In this document: piece after piece, positions 1 through 11,846 of the stretch | How positions within the stretch are numbered: the first letter of the stretch is position 1 | How the letters are laid out: the number at the start of each line of letters is the position of its first letter | NCBI RefSeq assembly: GCF_006345805.1 | Contig: NC_043022.1 | Location: 5,642,001-5,706,000, forward strand | Source of the DNA: Octopus sinensis | Lineage: Eukaryota | Reading direction: 5' to 3' | Length of the DNA stretch: 64,000 bases | The notes under the pieces: model-generated | The model's input: only the letters and a program-made list of their open reading frames with translations | The model's database searches: none | What the model was told of the DNA's origin: nothing | Translations under genes and position numbers: made by a program

Positions 1-200
1 GTGTGTGTGTGTGATGGGTGTGTGTGTGGATGGTATGTGTGTGTGTGTGTGGATGTGTGTGTGTGTGTGTGTGGATGGGTTGTGTGTGTGTGTGTGTGGA
101 TGGGTGTGTGTGTGGATGGGTATGTGTGTGTGTGTGTGTGGATGTGTGTGTGTGTGTGTGGATGGGTGTGTGTGTGTTGGATGTGTGTGTGTGTGTGTAT
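1..200. repeat. (GT)n microsatellite with GGAT interruptions
   Basis: Directly visible; explains the VC-repeat ORFs at 1-280. Confidence 0.95.
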
Positions 201-509
201 GCATTGAATACTGGCACCAACTCTCACCTCCCTTATTAATCTACACACCAGATACATGTACTTCAAGATTTCTTGAATGAGAGTAACTTGTTATGTTTCT
301 CTTTCTCCACACACACACAAACAATTTTATCTGCATTATCAACACTAAATGAGTAAATGGTAAGAACCCCCTTCAGTCATGAATGACCATGGGACTGCAC
401 CAAGGAAGTTCCTTTCCAAGGTACAAGTCAGGACAAGGTTGTTTACGGAAGACCAGCAGTCACCCATGCATACCAACCTCCCCTCTTCATTCAGCAATCT
501 GAATGTTAA

Positions 510-725
510 AAGAGTTGAATTGACTTTATCTGGCCCAAATAGTCTACTTGTTTTATGTTTAAACCAGCCAGATCCAGCCTCTCATACACACCCTACAATG
601 TCATTCCAAAATCAAACAATCACCTTATTGAAATCTCAGAGCTAAGAGACAGAGAAATGATTAATTGAAAACAAAGTGAATAAAAAAACATTACATTTGA
701 CCGAATAAACTGAAGGCTGAAGGGT
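510..725 (+). mobile_element. Degenerate copy of the piggyBac-type MITE family seen intact at 59359-59575
   Basis: Colinear similarity (cagcctctca..ccctacaatgtcattc..aaacaatcac..ttacatttgac..aagggt) to 59359-59575. Confidence 0.7.
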
Positions 726-1123
726 AGAATAAGAAGGGAAGGCCACAATCGGTTATGTAGAAGCAAGAGATATGGAAATGGTCACAGCTACAAAGTGTAT
801 TCAACCATGACTGATCTGTCACTAAATGACAACAACAACTATCACAACAACACATATAACACGAAGAGGAAACTTCAGCACGGTTGCTTCGGGTAGAAGG
901 ATCTCGTTTGTATAAGAGCACTTGTTAATTGTAAGGAAAGTAAAGAAGAGAGGAAAGGAAAGATGGCATGGAAATGGGTAGGATGTCTTTGGCCAGAGCC
1001 ATGCTTTATCAGGTCTGACTCTGGGCTAAATAGTAACAGTCACAGACACACATACATTGGTGTGTCTGTAAGCACAGGTAGATTTCTGAGTGGATTTGAA
1101 AGACGGAAACTGAAAGAAGCTTG

Positions 1124-1186
<63 letters not shown>

Positions 1187-1304
1187 GAGAGAGAGAAAGA
1201 TATAGATATATGTATGTATAAGTATACTAAGTCTATGATTTAAGTTATAGAATGAAGTTCGACAATTTCAACCATACTTTTCATAAATGGAGGAGATTCA
1301 ATAC

Positions 1305-1728
1305 TCTTTACTCTCTCTCTTTTAATCTTTTACTTGTTTCAGTCATTTGACTGCGGCCATGCCGGAGCACCGCCTTTAGTCGAGCAAATCGACCCTGGGA
1401 CTTATTCTTTGTAAGCCCAGTACTTAATCTATCGGTCTCTTTTGCCGAACCGCTAAGTGACGGGGTCATAAACACACCAGCATCGGTTGTCAAGCAATGC
1501 TAGGGGGACAAACACAGACACACAAACCACACACACACACACACACATATATATATACATATATACGACAGGCTTCTTTCAGTTTCCGTCTACCAAATCC
1601 ACTCACAAGGCATTGGTCGGCCCGGGGCTATAGCAGAAGACACTTGCCCAAGATGCCACGCAATGGGACTGAACCCGCAACCATGTGGTTGGTTAGCAAG
1701 CTACTTACCACACAGCCACTCCTGCGCC
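1305..1728 (-). mobile_element. SINE-A, full-length tRNA-type SINE
   Basis: Head GGCGCAGGAGTGGCTGTGTGG (A-box-like), GGGTTCAGTCC (B-box-like), internal (TA)/(TG) tract, (GTAAAAGA)-type tail; about 20 copies in the window. Confidence 0.9.
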
Positions 1729-1794
1729 TATGTTAATATAGAATAAAATATTTATTCAATTCACTAAATAGGTATGTATATGTATATATATATA

Positions 1795-2219
1795 GGCGCA
1801 GGAGTGGCTGTGTGGTAAGTAGCTTGCTAACCAACCACATGGTTCCGGGTTCAGTCCTACTGCGTGGCATCTTGGGCAAGTGTCTTCTACTATAGCCCCG
1901 GGCCGACCAATGCCTTGTGAGTGGATTTGGTAGACGGAAACTGAAAGAAGCCTGTCGTATATATGTATATATATATATGTATGTGTGTGTGTGTTTGTGT
2001 GTCTGTGTTTGTCCCCCTAGCATTGCTTGACAACTGATGCTGGTGTGTTTACGTCCCTGTCACTTAGCGGTTCGGCAAAAGAGACCGATAGAATAAGTAC
2101 TGGGCTTACAAAGAATAAGTCCTGGGGTCGATTTGCTTGACTAAAAAAAAGGCGGTGCTCCAGCATGGCCACAGTCAAAATGACTGAAACAAGTAAAAGA
2201 GAAAGAGAGAGAAAAGAGA
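1795..2219 (+). mobile_element. SINE-A, full length, head-to-head with 1305-1728
   Basis: Same head, body and tail on the + strand; 66-bp spacer to the previous copy. Confidence 0.9.
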
Positions 2220-2256
2220 AATACACATACAAACACACACACACACACATACATAC

Positions 2257-2540
2257 TTGCATGGCTGTACTCTCTGCACTGAGTCGCCCTCCCCATTAGT
2301 AAATGTTCCGTTGGTATTTTTAAACTTGCTTTGAAACAATAATTGCAATAACGATGATGCGAAATATGGACAGAAAATTTGTACCAGATCCATAATAGTC
2401 CCATAATAGACAGGGAAAAAATCGGCCCAGTCGTAATGGATAGGAATGCCTGGAGCTGTGAAGCAAAAAGTGCAGCAAGATGAATCCAAGAATCGCCTGA
2501 GAGACATTCCATAGGTGTGATGTCCAGAGAATAAACACAC
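2257..2540 (-). CDS. Candidate internal exon (284 nt), hydrophobic/membrane-like product, frame unresolved
   Basis: Minus-strand acceptor ttctttctctttactttatcaaaccatggacatttttttccag| and donor GCAA|gtatgt; sequence unique in the window; two frames open across the whole exon, the third open to TAA at 2320; plus strand closed in all frames. No homolog recognised. Confidence 0.45.
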
Positions 2541-2644
2541 CTGGAAAAAAATGTCCATGGTTTGATAAAGTAAAGAGAAAGAAGTTTATGGCAATATCTG
2601 ACCGAGATCTACAGAAAAGATCCGTTGGAATATAAAGGGTGTAA

Positions 2645-3630
2645 GACATGACAGGATGACAGTAAAAGTTCTTTCAAGTTTTTGGCACAAGGCCAGCAAT
2701 TTTGAAGGGAAGGAGGTGGGGAAAATTAATTACAGTAATTACTCCTCCACCAGTAATTGACTGGTATATTATGTCATTGACCCCCACCCCACCCTGAAAG
2801 GATAATAGGTTAAAGTTGACCTTGGTGGGATTTGAACTCAGAATGTAAAAAAGACAGAAGAAGAATTACCTCAAAGTATTTCTCCTGATACTTTAACAAT
2901 TATTCCAATTCACTTCTACTTCTAATAATAATAATTAATTATTATTATTATTATTATATTATTATTATTATTGCTATCTATTATAGGCACAAGGCCTGAA
3001 ATTTGGCGGGAAGGGACTGGTCAATAACATCGACCCCTGTGTTTCACTGGTACTTAATTTATTGACCCCAAAAGAATGAAAAGCAAAGTCGACCTTGGCA
3101 GAATTTGAACTCAGAATGTAACAACAGGCAAAATACTGTTAAGCATTTCGCCCAGAATGCTAACGATTCTGCCAGCTCACCACCTTAATAATTATAATAA
3201 TGATAATCCTTTCTGCTAATAGGCACAAGGGGGCTAATCGATTACATTGACCCTAGCGTTTTAACTGGTACTTAATTTATTGACCCTAAAAGGATGGAAG
3301 GTGAAGTCAACTTCAGCAGAATTTGAACCCAGAATGTAAAGAAGGATGAAATGTCGCAAAGCATTTTGCCTAGCGTGCTAACGATTCTGCCAGCTCACTG
3401 CCTTTAATAATAATAATAATCCTTTCTACTAAAAGCACAAGGTCTGAAATGTTAGGGGAGCGAATTTATTGATTTCATCAACCCCAGCGTTTCACTGGTA
3501 CTTGATTTATTGATCTTGAAAGGACGAAAGGCAAAGTCAACCACGGCAGAATCTGAACTCAGAGCATAAAGATCGACAAAATACCTGGCTTTGCCCAGCT
3601 GCTAACAACTTTGCCAGCTCACCACCCTAA
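2645..3630 (-). mobile_element. Four tandem SINE-B copies separated by (AAT)n tracts
   Basis: Repeated body gtcgactttgcctttcatcctttcggggtcgataaattaagtaccag (reverse complement) at about 2700-2880, 2990-3185, 3215-3405 and 3425-3630. Confidence 0.85.
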
Positions 3631-3964
3631 TTAATAATAATGATGATGATGTTGATGATGATGATGATGATGATGATGATAGTTTTACAAAGGCATAAGA
3701 GGGTCAAAAATTTGGGCAAAAGGAACAGTCAATTTTATTCACTCCAGTACTAACTTTTGTATCAAGAATAATCAGAAGGATTCCAAACTGAAGAATTTTT
3801 CATAGTCGGATATATGCATGCGAATGTATTACATGTAAGTATGTGTGTACAACCATACATACACACACACATATATGATGGTACCCAGAGATTAAACTCT
3901 TCCTTTCGCTCAGTAAACTTGAGAAGCATGCAAAACTTTTCAAACATGACAATTATTTTATAAA

Positions 3965-4017
3965 TACATTCAAACAAACATACATACATTACATACATAC
4001 ATACATACATACATACA

Positions 4018-4048
<31 letters not shown>

Positions 4049-4345
4049 CATACATACAAATTGTGTATTTATACAAAGAAGAAGTAGAGAAGAAGAAGAA
4101 GAGAAGAAGAAGAAGTAGAAGAAGAAGAAGTAGAAGAAGAAGTAGATGAAGAAGAAGAAAGGAAGAAAGAATAGAAGAAACAAGAAAGTGAATAAGAAAG
4201 TAAAGAAGAAGAAGAAGAAGATGAAGAAGAAGAAAGGAAGAAAGAATAGAAGAAACAAGAAAGTGAATAAGAAAGTAAAGAAGAAGAAGAAGAAGAAGAA
4301 ATAATCAACAGTTAGAGGTGGACAACAATAATGATGACGATGATG
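3965..4345. repeat. (ACAT)n followed by a (GAA)n-rich tract with a duplicated ~70-bp block, then (GAT)n
   Basis: Directly visible. Confidence 0.9.
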
Positions 4346-4947
4346 ATGATGATGATAGGGGAGAAAAAGACGAAGAATGTGAAATGATGACAGCAATAAC
4401 AACAAGGCAAAGTATAAGAGAGATAGAAAAGGGGACAGAGATATGTCAGGGCTCAGGTTTCAAATAAGATGTAGAATAGATTTAGATGAGAACTTCATTA
4501 ATTTTCCATTGATAAAACTTCAAAATCCTCGCAAGGGCCCAGGCTGAGGCCACAACTGTCACAACTAGCTTTATCAATGAAATTTAGTGGGAAGTACCAA
4601 AGTTTTACAGGGTGGGGTTTTTTTTTTTTTTAGTTTTTTTTTTTTTTGCAAAGAACCACATAGCCTGGTGAAATATGAGCCCCTAGCAGATTTACTCTCC
4701 CACCAAAATATTTTACAATGATACTTTTACAAAATGGCAGTTCCTTTACTATGCATCCTCCAAACAGAAAAACACACATACATATATATATACATATATA
4801 TACACACACATACACATCTACATTTTTATTCAACCCGACATGGAGATGAGAGAGGGCAGGAAGACAGCAGCAACCGAAAAAAGTTTTAAGAAGGAACAAG
4901 GATTTTCTTGTTGATATGGCTGTTATTGTCACCCGCCGACACCAAAC

Positions 4948-4979
<32 letters not shown>

Positions 4980-5024
4980 TTCTCTCTTTCTCATGCTTGC
5001 AGATCTTGCCGATTCTGTACTTAC

Positions 5025-5151
5025 CGATTCCATTTGTGTAGAGTTGTTTGCTAAGTCCTAGAATCCCAATATTAGCATCGATATCCAAGTCTTCATCGTA
5101 TAGAATCTCCGCATCCTCCGAAGTGTGTGACAAAGGGCTTTTCGCATACAT
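5025..5151 (-). CDS. Candidate first coding exon (MYAKSPLSHTSEDAEILYDEDLDIDANIGILGLSKQLYTNGI, phase 1)
   Basis: ATG at 5151, open unique sequence ending ATC G|gtaagt (perfect donor). No good upstream acceptor. A plus-strand acceptor at 5002 is a competing reading. Confidence 0.35.
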
Positions 5152-5439
5152 ATCCTCCCTCGGGCGGACACACTAACCTCCAGTCACTCTCTCACCTCAC
5201 GCTCCACATACATAGAAGAATGTGTATGCTTCTGTATGTATGTATATATATATATATATATATTAATATATATATATGTATATATATGAGTGGTGTGTGT
5301 GTACGTGCTGTTATTATGTGTGCGTATGTGTTCCAGTAAGTAAGAGAATGCACCTATATGTAGTCATAGACTTCCCTTCTCTTCTAAGAAACCTCATCAA
5401 TTTGCCTCTATACTCCTCTTCTAACTTGCCACCTCTGCC

Positions 5440-5739
5440 CCCACCTCTCTACCCTAACCCCTTACACACTCAACTTTGCTTTCTTCTCTCTCTCTCTCAG
5501 CCTCCCCATCTTTTTCTCCCTCCTCCTCTTCCTCCTCCTCCTCCTCCTTCACCTCTTTCCTTCCTGTTCTCGCCTGTCTTATGGCCTTCTCCTCTTCCCC
5601 CACCCCACCCCCGACACCCCACGTCCCCCCCCCGCTCCTACCCTACCCACCACCGCCGCCACTTCAAATTCTAATTCCACCCTGTTGATCTCATTCTTTC
5701 TCTCTACCTCTCCACCCTCCAATCCTCACACATGTTTAC

Positions 5740-5774
<35 letters not shown>

Positions 5775-6240
5775 CACATGACTGCTCACATGTACTTCAA
5801 TTACAGGCACATACTATACATACATCAACGCACACATGCAAGCTTATACATACATACACATACGCACATACATATACATACACATATGTATATACATGCA
5901 CACATGCACACATATATACACACATACACATATGCATATACACACACATATATACACACATATATACATATACACACTCATATACACACACATACATACA
6001 TACATATACACACACATATCATATACATATATAACGTAAATATTGTTCCACAAATAACCAAAAGTAACATTATATATAAATATATATGTATATATGTGTA
6101 TATATGTGTGTATATATGTATATATATATATGTATATATACACACATATATACACCCAAAAACAAGTGTTAACATGCACGCATGCACGCGTGCACACTAA
6201 CACATACACACACACACACTTGCGTGTGTGTGTGCGTGTG
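5440..6240. repeat. C/CT-rich low complexity followed by (CA)/(TA)/(ACAT) compound microsatellite
   Basis: Directly visible. Confidence 0.9.
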
Positions 6241-6375
6241 TCTTGAATTACATCCAAAGTGCTTAGTGATACTGGTAATGTAAGTTCAAATCCTTGTAAA
6301 AGATATTTTGCCCCCAGGGAAGAAACACAGACAAAACACACACGAACGCACTCTTTCTCTCTCTCTCTCTCTCTT

Positions 6376-6407
<32 letters not shown>

Positions 6408-6595
6408 GCACATGCACACAAAGCCACACTCAGATTGTTGCTGTTGTTGTTGTTTAACCCCAGGTCAAGTCTGACTGAGCAGACCTATGAGCAAATGTTA
6501 TTCTAACCATGACCCTCTCGTCTTTGCTTTTCGACTTATTTTAGACAGCAGACTGTAAGTTGTAAAAGATATATATATATATATACATATAAAAT

Positions 6596-6822
6596 TAATT
6601 AAGGGTAGAAATTGATATTAGTCAATTAAAACCAGTGGTCTAGCATATTAAAAAGAATCCGAAGATTAAAATATTTATATATACCAATTAAGGACTGAAC
6701 ACGAAAAGTGGACAGTCAACATGCTAGATATAGAAGTCAAATCGCCATTCTCCACAAAGATTATGTTCTCAAATAAAACTCAGCACAAAAGTTTTCGTGT
6801 TCAGTCCTTTATTGGTATATAT
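6596..6822. mobile_element. Fold-back repeat family (second copy 54607-54775), Penelope-like remnant suspected
   Basis: 31-bp inverted arms 6677-6707/6792-6822 with 1 mismatch; body nearly identical to 54607-54715. Confidence 0.5.
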
Positions 6823-6909
6823 ACATATAGCTGCTATTTCTTGCAGGTTGAGTGACCACATAGAAGCTCTCTCTTAATGAGTTTTCAGTTATCAAGTAAA
6901 TCCACATTA

Positions 6910-7300
6910 TAATGATGATGCTGATGGTAGATTATGGGCGTCAAGATACCAGGAATGGTGGTAATGGGGGGGGGATGGTGATGTTGGAGGTTGAGTCTGA
7001 TGCTGATGATGACAATGGTGGTGGTGGTGATGGTGAAGATGGTGGTGGTAGCAATGGTATTAGTGACGGTGATGATGATGATGGTGGTGGTGATGGTGAT
7101 GGTAAAGATGGTGGTGGCAATGGTATTAGTGATGGTGATGATGATGATGGTGGTGGTGATGGTGAAGATGGTAGTGGCAATGGTATTAGTGATGGTGATG
7201 TTGATGATGGTAGTGGTGATGGTGATGGTGGTGGTGGTGGCAATGGTATTAGTGGTGGTGGTGATATTGATGATGATGATGTTGATGATGATGAAGAATA
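6910..7300. repeat. (GAT/GGT) array with a ~60-bp higher-order unit (gcaatggtattagtgatggtgatg)
   Basis: The unit recurs four times. Confidence 0.9.
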
Positions 7301-7811
7301 TTCTAACATCATGAGGTCAACACTGCTGCTTGATCTTAAGTCAGCACTGATCAAGATGATTTATGACTGACAAGACTCATGACCAGGAAGATTAATGATT
7401 AAAGATATTACAATTGAGAACATTCAGTCTTTTATGCCATCCAAGGATACATTGTTCAGAAAGACCTTCCCTTTTTTAAAAACTACAGTGAAGGAATTTG
7501 GCTACAATTTCCAGCATGTCAAGCAACCATGTAGTGGTTTCCTAGTCACTCATTGAGTTCAAGGTAGGGATCAGCCACCAGAGTCATCTTAAGGTACTGA
7601 GATATTATCAGGAGTGTCATTTGATTAGGGGCCCAGTTTTAACCTATATAAGCTGTAGCTCTGTGAGGGCCCCAGTGTATTCTCTACTGACAGGGGGACT
7701 ATAAGGCTGTCAAAACTGCCCAATCACCGACATGGAAACATGAAGACAGGTTCCCAGGAAGCCAAATCTGTCTGTCACACATTTTCATTTTCCTAATTGA
7801 AACCATTTCAT

Positions 7812-8130
7812 CTCCAGATCTAATAATCTAAACACCCACAAAGTTATCAACCACCTCACCAACAACAACACTGAACACCTTTTTGATCTCCATGTGTCTA
7901 ACACACGTGGACATGCCTACAAAGTCAGAAAACAACACAGCTCCCATGACTTTCGGAAACATTTCTTCACGCTCAGAGTTGCTGAAGCATAGAATAAACT
8001 GCCTGCGTCAGTTGTTGACTGCCATGACACTGCATCCTTTAAGGCCCTCATGCTTTCCGAAATCCGCCGAAACTACACCTGATTATATATACACTTTAGA
8101 TGAGTTGTAGTGCACCTGAGCACTGTACAC
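7812..8130 (+). mobile_element. CR1-clade LINE 3' end
   Basis: Reads TRGHAYKVRKQHSSHDFRKHFFTLRVAEA*NKLPASVV..ASFKAL, matching the CR1 ORF2 C-terminal motif TRGH..K....R..FF..RV...WN.LP..VV....FK. Confidence 0.8.
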
Positions 8131-8131
8131 A

Positions 8132-8164
<33 letters not shown>

Positions 8165-8659
8165 ATCCTTTCTACCATAGGCACCAGGCCTGAAATTTGG
8201 CAGGAGGGGACAAGTTGAATAAATTGGCCCCATTGTCTTAGTGGTACTTGTTTTATCAACCCTGAAAGGATGAAAGGCAAAGCGGACCTCGGCAGAATTT
8301 GAACCCAATGGCTTCAGGAAAGGCATGAGTGCCATCAATTCCACAAAACCTTACAGATGTGAACCCTGTTAATGATGCTAATGTAGTCTAAGAGGAAAAA
8401 AAAGTTGAAAATAGAAATGGAAAAAGAGATGACAAGGATTTTGATAATGGTGGTTGGTAAACTGGTGGCACCATTAGTGCGTCAAACAAAAAGCTTAGTG
8501 GCATTTCTCTTGGATCTTTACATTCCGAGTTCAAACTCAACTGAAGTCGACTTTGCCTCCCATCCTTTCACAGTTGCTAAAATAAGTACCAGTCCAGTAC
8601 TGGGGTCCGTGTAATCAACTGGCCCCTTCCTCCAAAAGATTAAACCCTGTGCCTACAGT

Positions 8660-8950
8660 AGAAATTATCACCATCATCATCAGCAGCAGCATCAGCATTA
8701 TCACCGTCATCATTACCATCAACATCATTATCATCATCATCACCATTATCATCATCACTATCATTGACATCATCATCATCATAGTCGTTATTACCATCAT
8801 CATCACTATTATCACCACCACCAACATCACCATCATAATCATCATTATCATCACCACTATCATCATCATCACCATTATCACCACCACCATCATCATCATC
8901 ACCATCATCTTCACCATCATCATCATCATCATCATCATTACCATCATTTA
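8660..8950. repeat. (CAT/CAC)n array
   Basis: Directly visible. Confidence 0.9.
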
Positions 8951-9236
8951 ACGCCTGTTGTTCCTGCTGACATGGGTTGGCCAGTTTGACCAGAGTTGGC
9001 AAGCCAGAGAGATGCACCAGGTTCTATTGTCTGCTTTGGCCTGGGTTTCTACACCTGGACGCTCTTCCTAATGCCAACCACTTTACAGAGTGTGCTGAGT
9101 GTTTTTCAATGTGACACCAGAGGAGTGCCTTTTACGTGGCACAGGGACAGGACTCCTACTGGTCAATCCTCTCCACCAGCATGGAGTGACCTTAACACTT
9201 CTGCTGTGGAGTAATTAAAAATTGTTCAAAACCATA

Positions 9237-9653
9237 CTCTCTTTTACTCTTTTACTTGTTCCAGTCATTTGACTGTGGCCATGCTGGAGCATCGCCTTTA
9301 GTCGAGCAAATCAACCCCAGGACTTATTCTTTGTAAGCCCAGTACTTATTCTATCGGTCTCTTTTGCCAAACCGCTAAGTGATGGGGACGTAAACACACC
9401 AGCATCGGTTGTCAAGCAATGCTAGGGGGACAAACACAGACACACAAACACACACACATACATACATACATACATATATATATATATATACGACAGGCTT
9501 CTTTCAGTTTCCGTCTACCAAATCCACTCACAAGGCATTGGTCGGCCTGGGGCTATAGCAGAAGACACTTGCCCAAGATGCCACGCAGTGGGACTGAACC
9601 CGCAACCATGTGGTTGGTTAGCAAGCTACTTACCACACAGCCACTCCTGCGCC
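9237..9653 (-). mobile_element. SINE-A, full length
   Basis: Full head-to-tail match to 1305-1728. Confidence 0.9.
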
Positions 9654-9818
9654 TATTAATTAATTAATCTTTTCTACTATAGGCACAAGGCCAGCAATTT
9701 CAGGGGTGGTGTAAGTCAATTACATCAACCCCCAGTATTCAACTGGTACTTATTTCATTGTCCCTGAAAGGATGAAAGGCAAAGTCACCCACACTGGAAT
9801 TTGAGCTCAGAACCTATA

Positions 9819-9980
9819 GGCATGGGCATGGCTGTGTGGTAGGAAGCTTGTTTACCAACCACATTGCCCTGGGTTCAGTCCCACTGCATGGCACCTTGGA
9901 CAAGTGTCTTCTACTATAGCCTCGGGCCAACCAAACCTTTGAGAGTGGATTTGGTAGACGGAAACTGAAAGAAGCCTATC

Positions 9981-10062
<82 letters not shown>

Positions 10063-10260
10063 TCTCTCTCTCTCTCCTCCCACCATCGTCTGACAACCAA
10101 TGTTGTTTATGTTCCCGTAATTTAGCAGTTCAGCAAAAGAGACCAATAGAATAAATACTAGGCTTACAAAGAATAAGTCCTGGGGTTGATTCGTTCGACT
10201 AAAGGCAGTGCTCCAGCATGGCCACAGTCAAATGACTGAAACAAGTAAGAGAATAAAAGA
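9819..10260 (+). mobile_element. SINE-A, older CpG-decayed copy
   Basis: Colinear with the family consensus; many CG>CA/TG changes. Confidence 0.85.
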
Positions 10261-10359
10261 ATAGAAAAATGTCACAAAGCATTTTGTTCATTGTGTTAAT
10301 GATTTGGCCAGCTTTGTGCCTTATTCACAGCTATAATTGATACAAAAGCATCGAGGCAG

Positions 10360-10975
10360 TGAGCTTACAGAATTGTTAAGAGTGGTGGGGAAAAATGCAG
10401 GAAAGTATTTCTTTTGACTGAGTTCAAATATTGCTTGTGCTAACTTTACCTTTCATCCCTCTAGGGGTGATAAAATAATGTACCAGTCAAGTAATGGGGT
10501 TAATGTAATCAACCAAATCCCTTTCTCTAAAATCATTGGCCTTAGACCAAAATCTGAAACAATTATCATTACTATTATTATCAAAGCAGCAAGCTGGCAG
10601 ATTCATTATGAAGGCCGGGTGTAATGCTTAGCAGGATTTTACCCGCCATTACATTCTGAGATCAAATTCCGCTGAGGTCGACTTTACCGTTCATCCTATT
10701 GGGCTCGATGAATTAAGTACCAGTGAAACACTGGGGTCAATGTAATCAACTCATCTCCTCCCCAAAATTTCATGCCTTGTCCCTATAGTAGAAAGGATCA
10801 TTATTATTATCATGTACACTCATCAGATTGAAAAAGAAAAGAATCCTAAAATCGGACAACAACAAGTTGCCTAAGATGCCAAGAAAGTGTACCAGTTGAG
10901 TACTGGGGTGAATGTAATCGACTAACTCCTCCCCCAAAGTTTCAGGCCTTGTGCCAATAATAGAAAGGATTATCA
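10360..10975 (+). mobile_element. Three SINE-B copies in tandem
   Basis: Repeated ttcaaat..gtcgactttacc..ttcatcc..aagtaccag..ggccttgt..tagaaaggattat bodies. Confidence 0.75.
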
Positions 10976-11194
10976 TCGTCATCATCATCTTCTTTCAATT
11001 CTGTTTCCTTTTCTTGCCGAGTGTCTTCCTGACACCTAGGCCAGAGAAACGTACTGCACACATTGGTAGGCCATTAAAACAAACACACCAGATTCTTCAT
11101 TTACAGAGTCATGTGATAGCGAAAAAGGGGAAGACAGAGAGGAAAAGGAAAAATAAAAAATAGAAAAGTAAACAAATGAAATGGGGGGGGGAAA

Positions 11195-11790
11195 TTCAGA
11201 GCAACAATGCTCTTCTCAATACATGTGATTTACCAGTTAAGACAATCTTTTGCACTTCCTGCATGGATGGTAAACCAGGGATCATTCTTGGATAATTTTC
11301 AGTTCCTTTTTGATCATTTCAAGTGCTCCGACAATCACTGGTATTCTAACCGTCTTCAGATGCCACATCTTTTCAATTTCGATTAGCAAATTTTTATATT
11401 TTCTGTGCTTATCAAATTCTTTTGCTGAGATATTTTAATCACAAAGTATGCTCATGTCTATCAATAAACAGACTTTATGGTTTTGGTCTTTCACAGCAAT
11501 ATCTGGTTCATTTGCATTGATGGTCTGGTCTGTACATATTGGGAAGTCCGAAAGAATCGTTACATTTTCTCCCTCTCTAACAGCCTCAGGGTGGTGCTTG
11601 TACCATTTCTCAGCAGCTTTGATTTTATAATGCCGACACATTATCCAATGTAAATACTGACCAACTCTGCCATGTCTTGATTTATAACCTACAGATGCTA
11701 AAACCTTACACCCAGAAATTAAATGGTCCACTGTTTCAATCCCAGCATTTCAGTATCAGCACTTTGGGGTCTACACCATTTTTCATCACA
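11195..11790 (-). mobile_element. R4/Dong-clade non-LTR retrotransposon, 3' fragment (restriction-like endonuclease domain)
   Basis: DHLISGCKVLA..Y.SRH.RV.QYLHW.MC..Y..KWY.H.P..V..GEN..I..D..I.TD..I.ANEPDIAVKD..CLLID, then KY.NL.IEIEKMWHLKT..PVIVGAL; in-frame stop present. Confidence 0.85.
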
Positions 11791-11808
11791 TTGGCTTGAT
11801 TGTTGTTG

Positions 11809-11846
<38 letters not shown>

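Noticed and set aside
691-921. Minus ORF ending GLPFLFYPSAFSLF, resembling the SLC6 GPGLAF..YP.A motif
   Set aside because: That segment is the reverse complement of the end of a piggyBac-type MITE (510-725); the resemblance is coincidental.
1497-2023. Recurrent peptides such as RQASFSFRLPNPLTRHWSARGYSRRHLPKMPR across the window
   Set aside because: These are translations of SINE-A, not a gene family.
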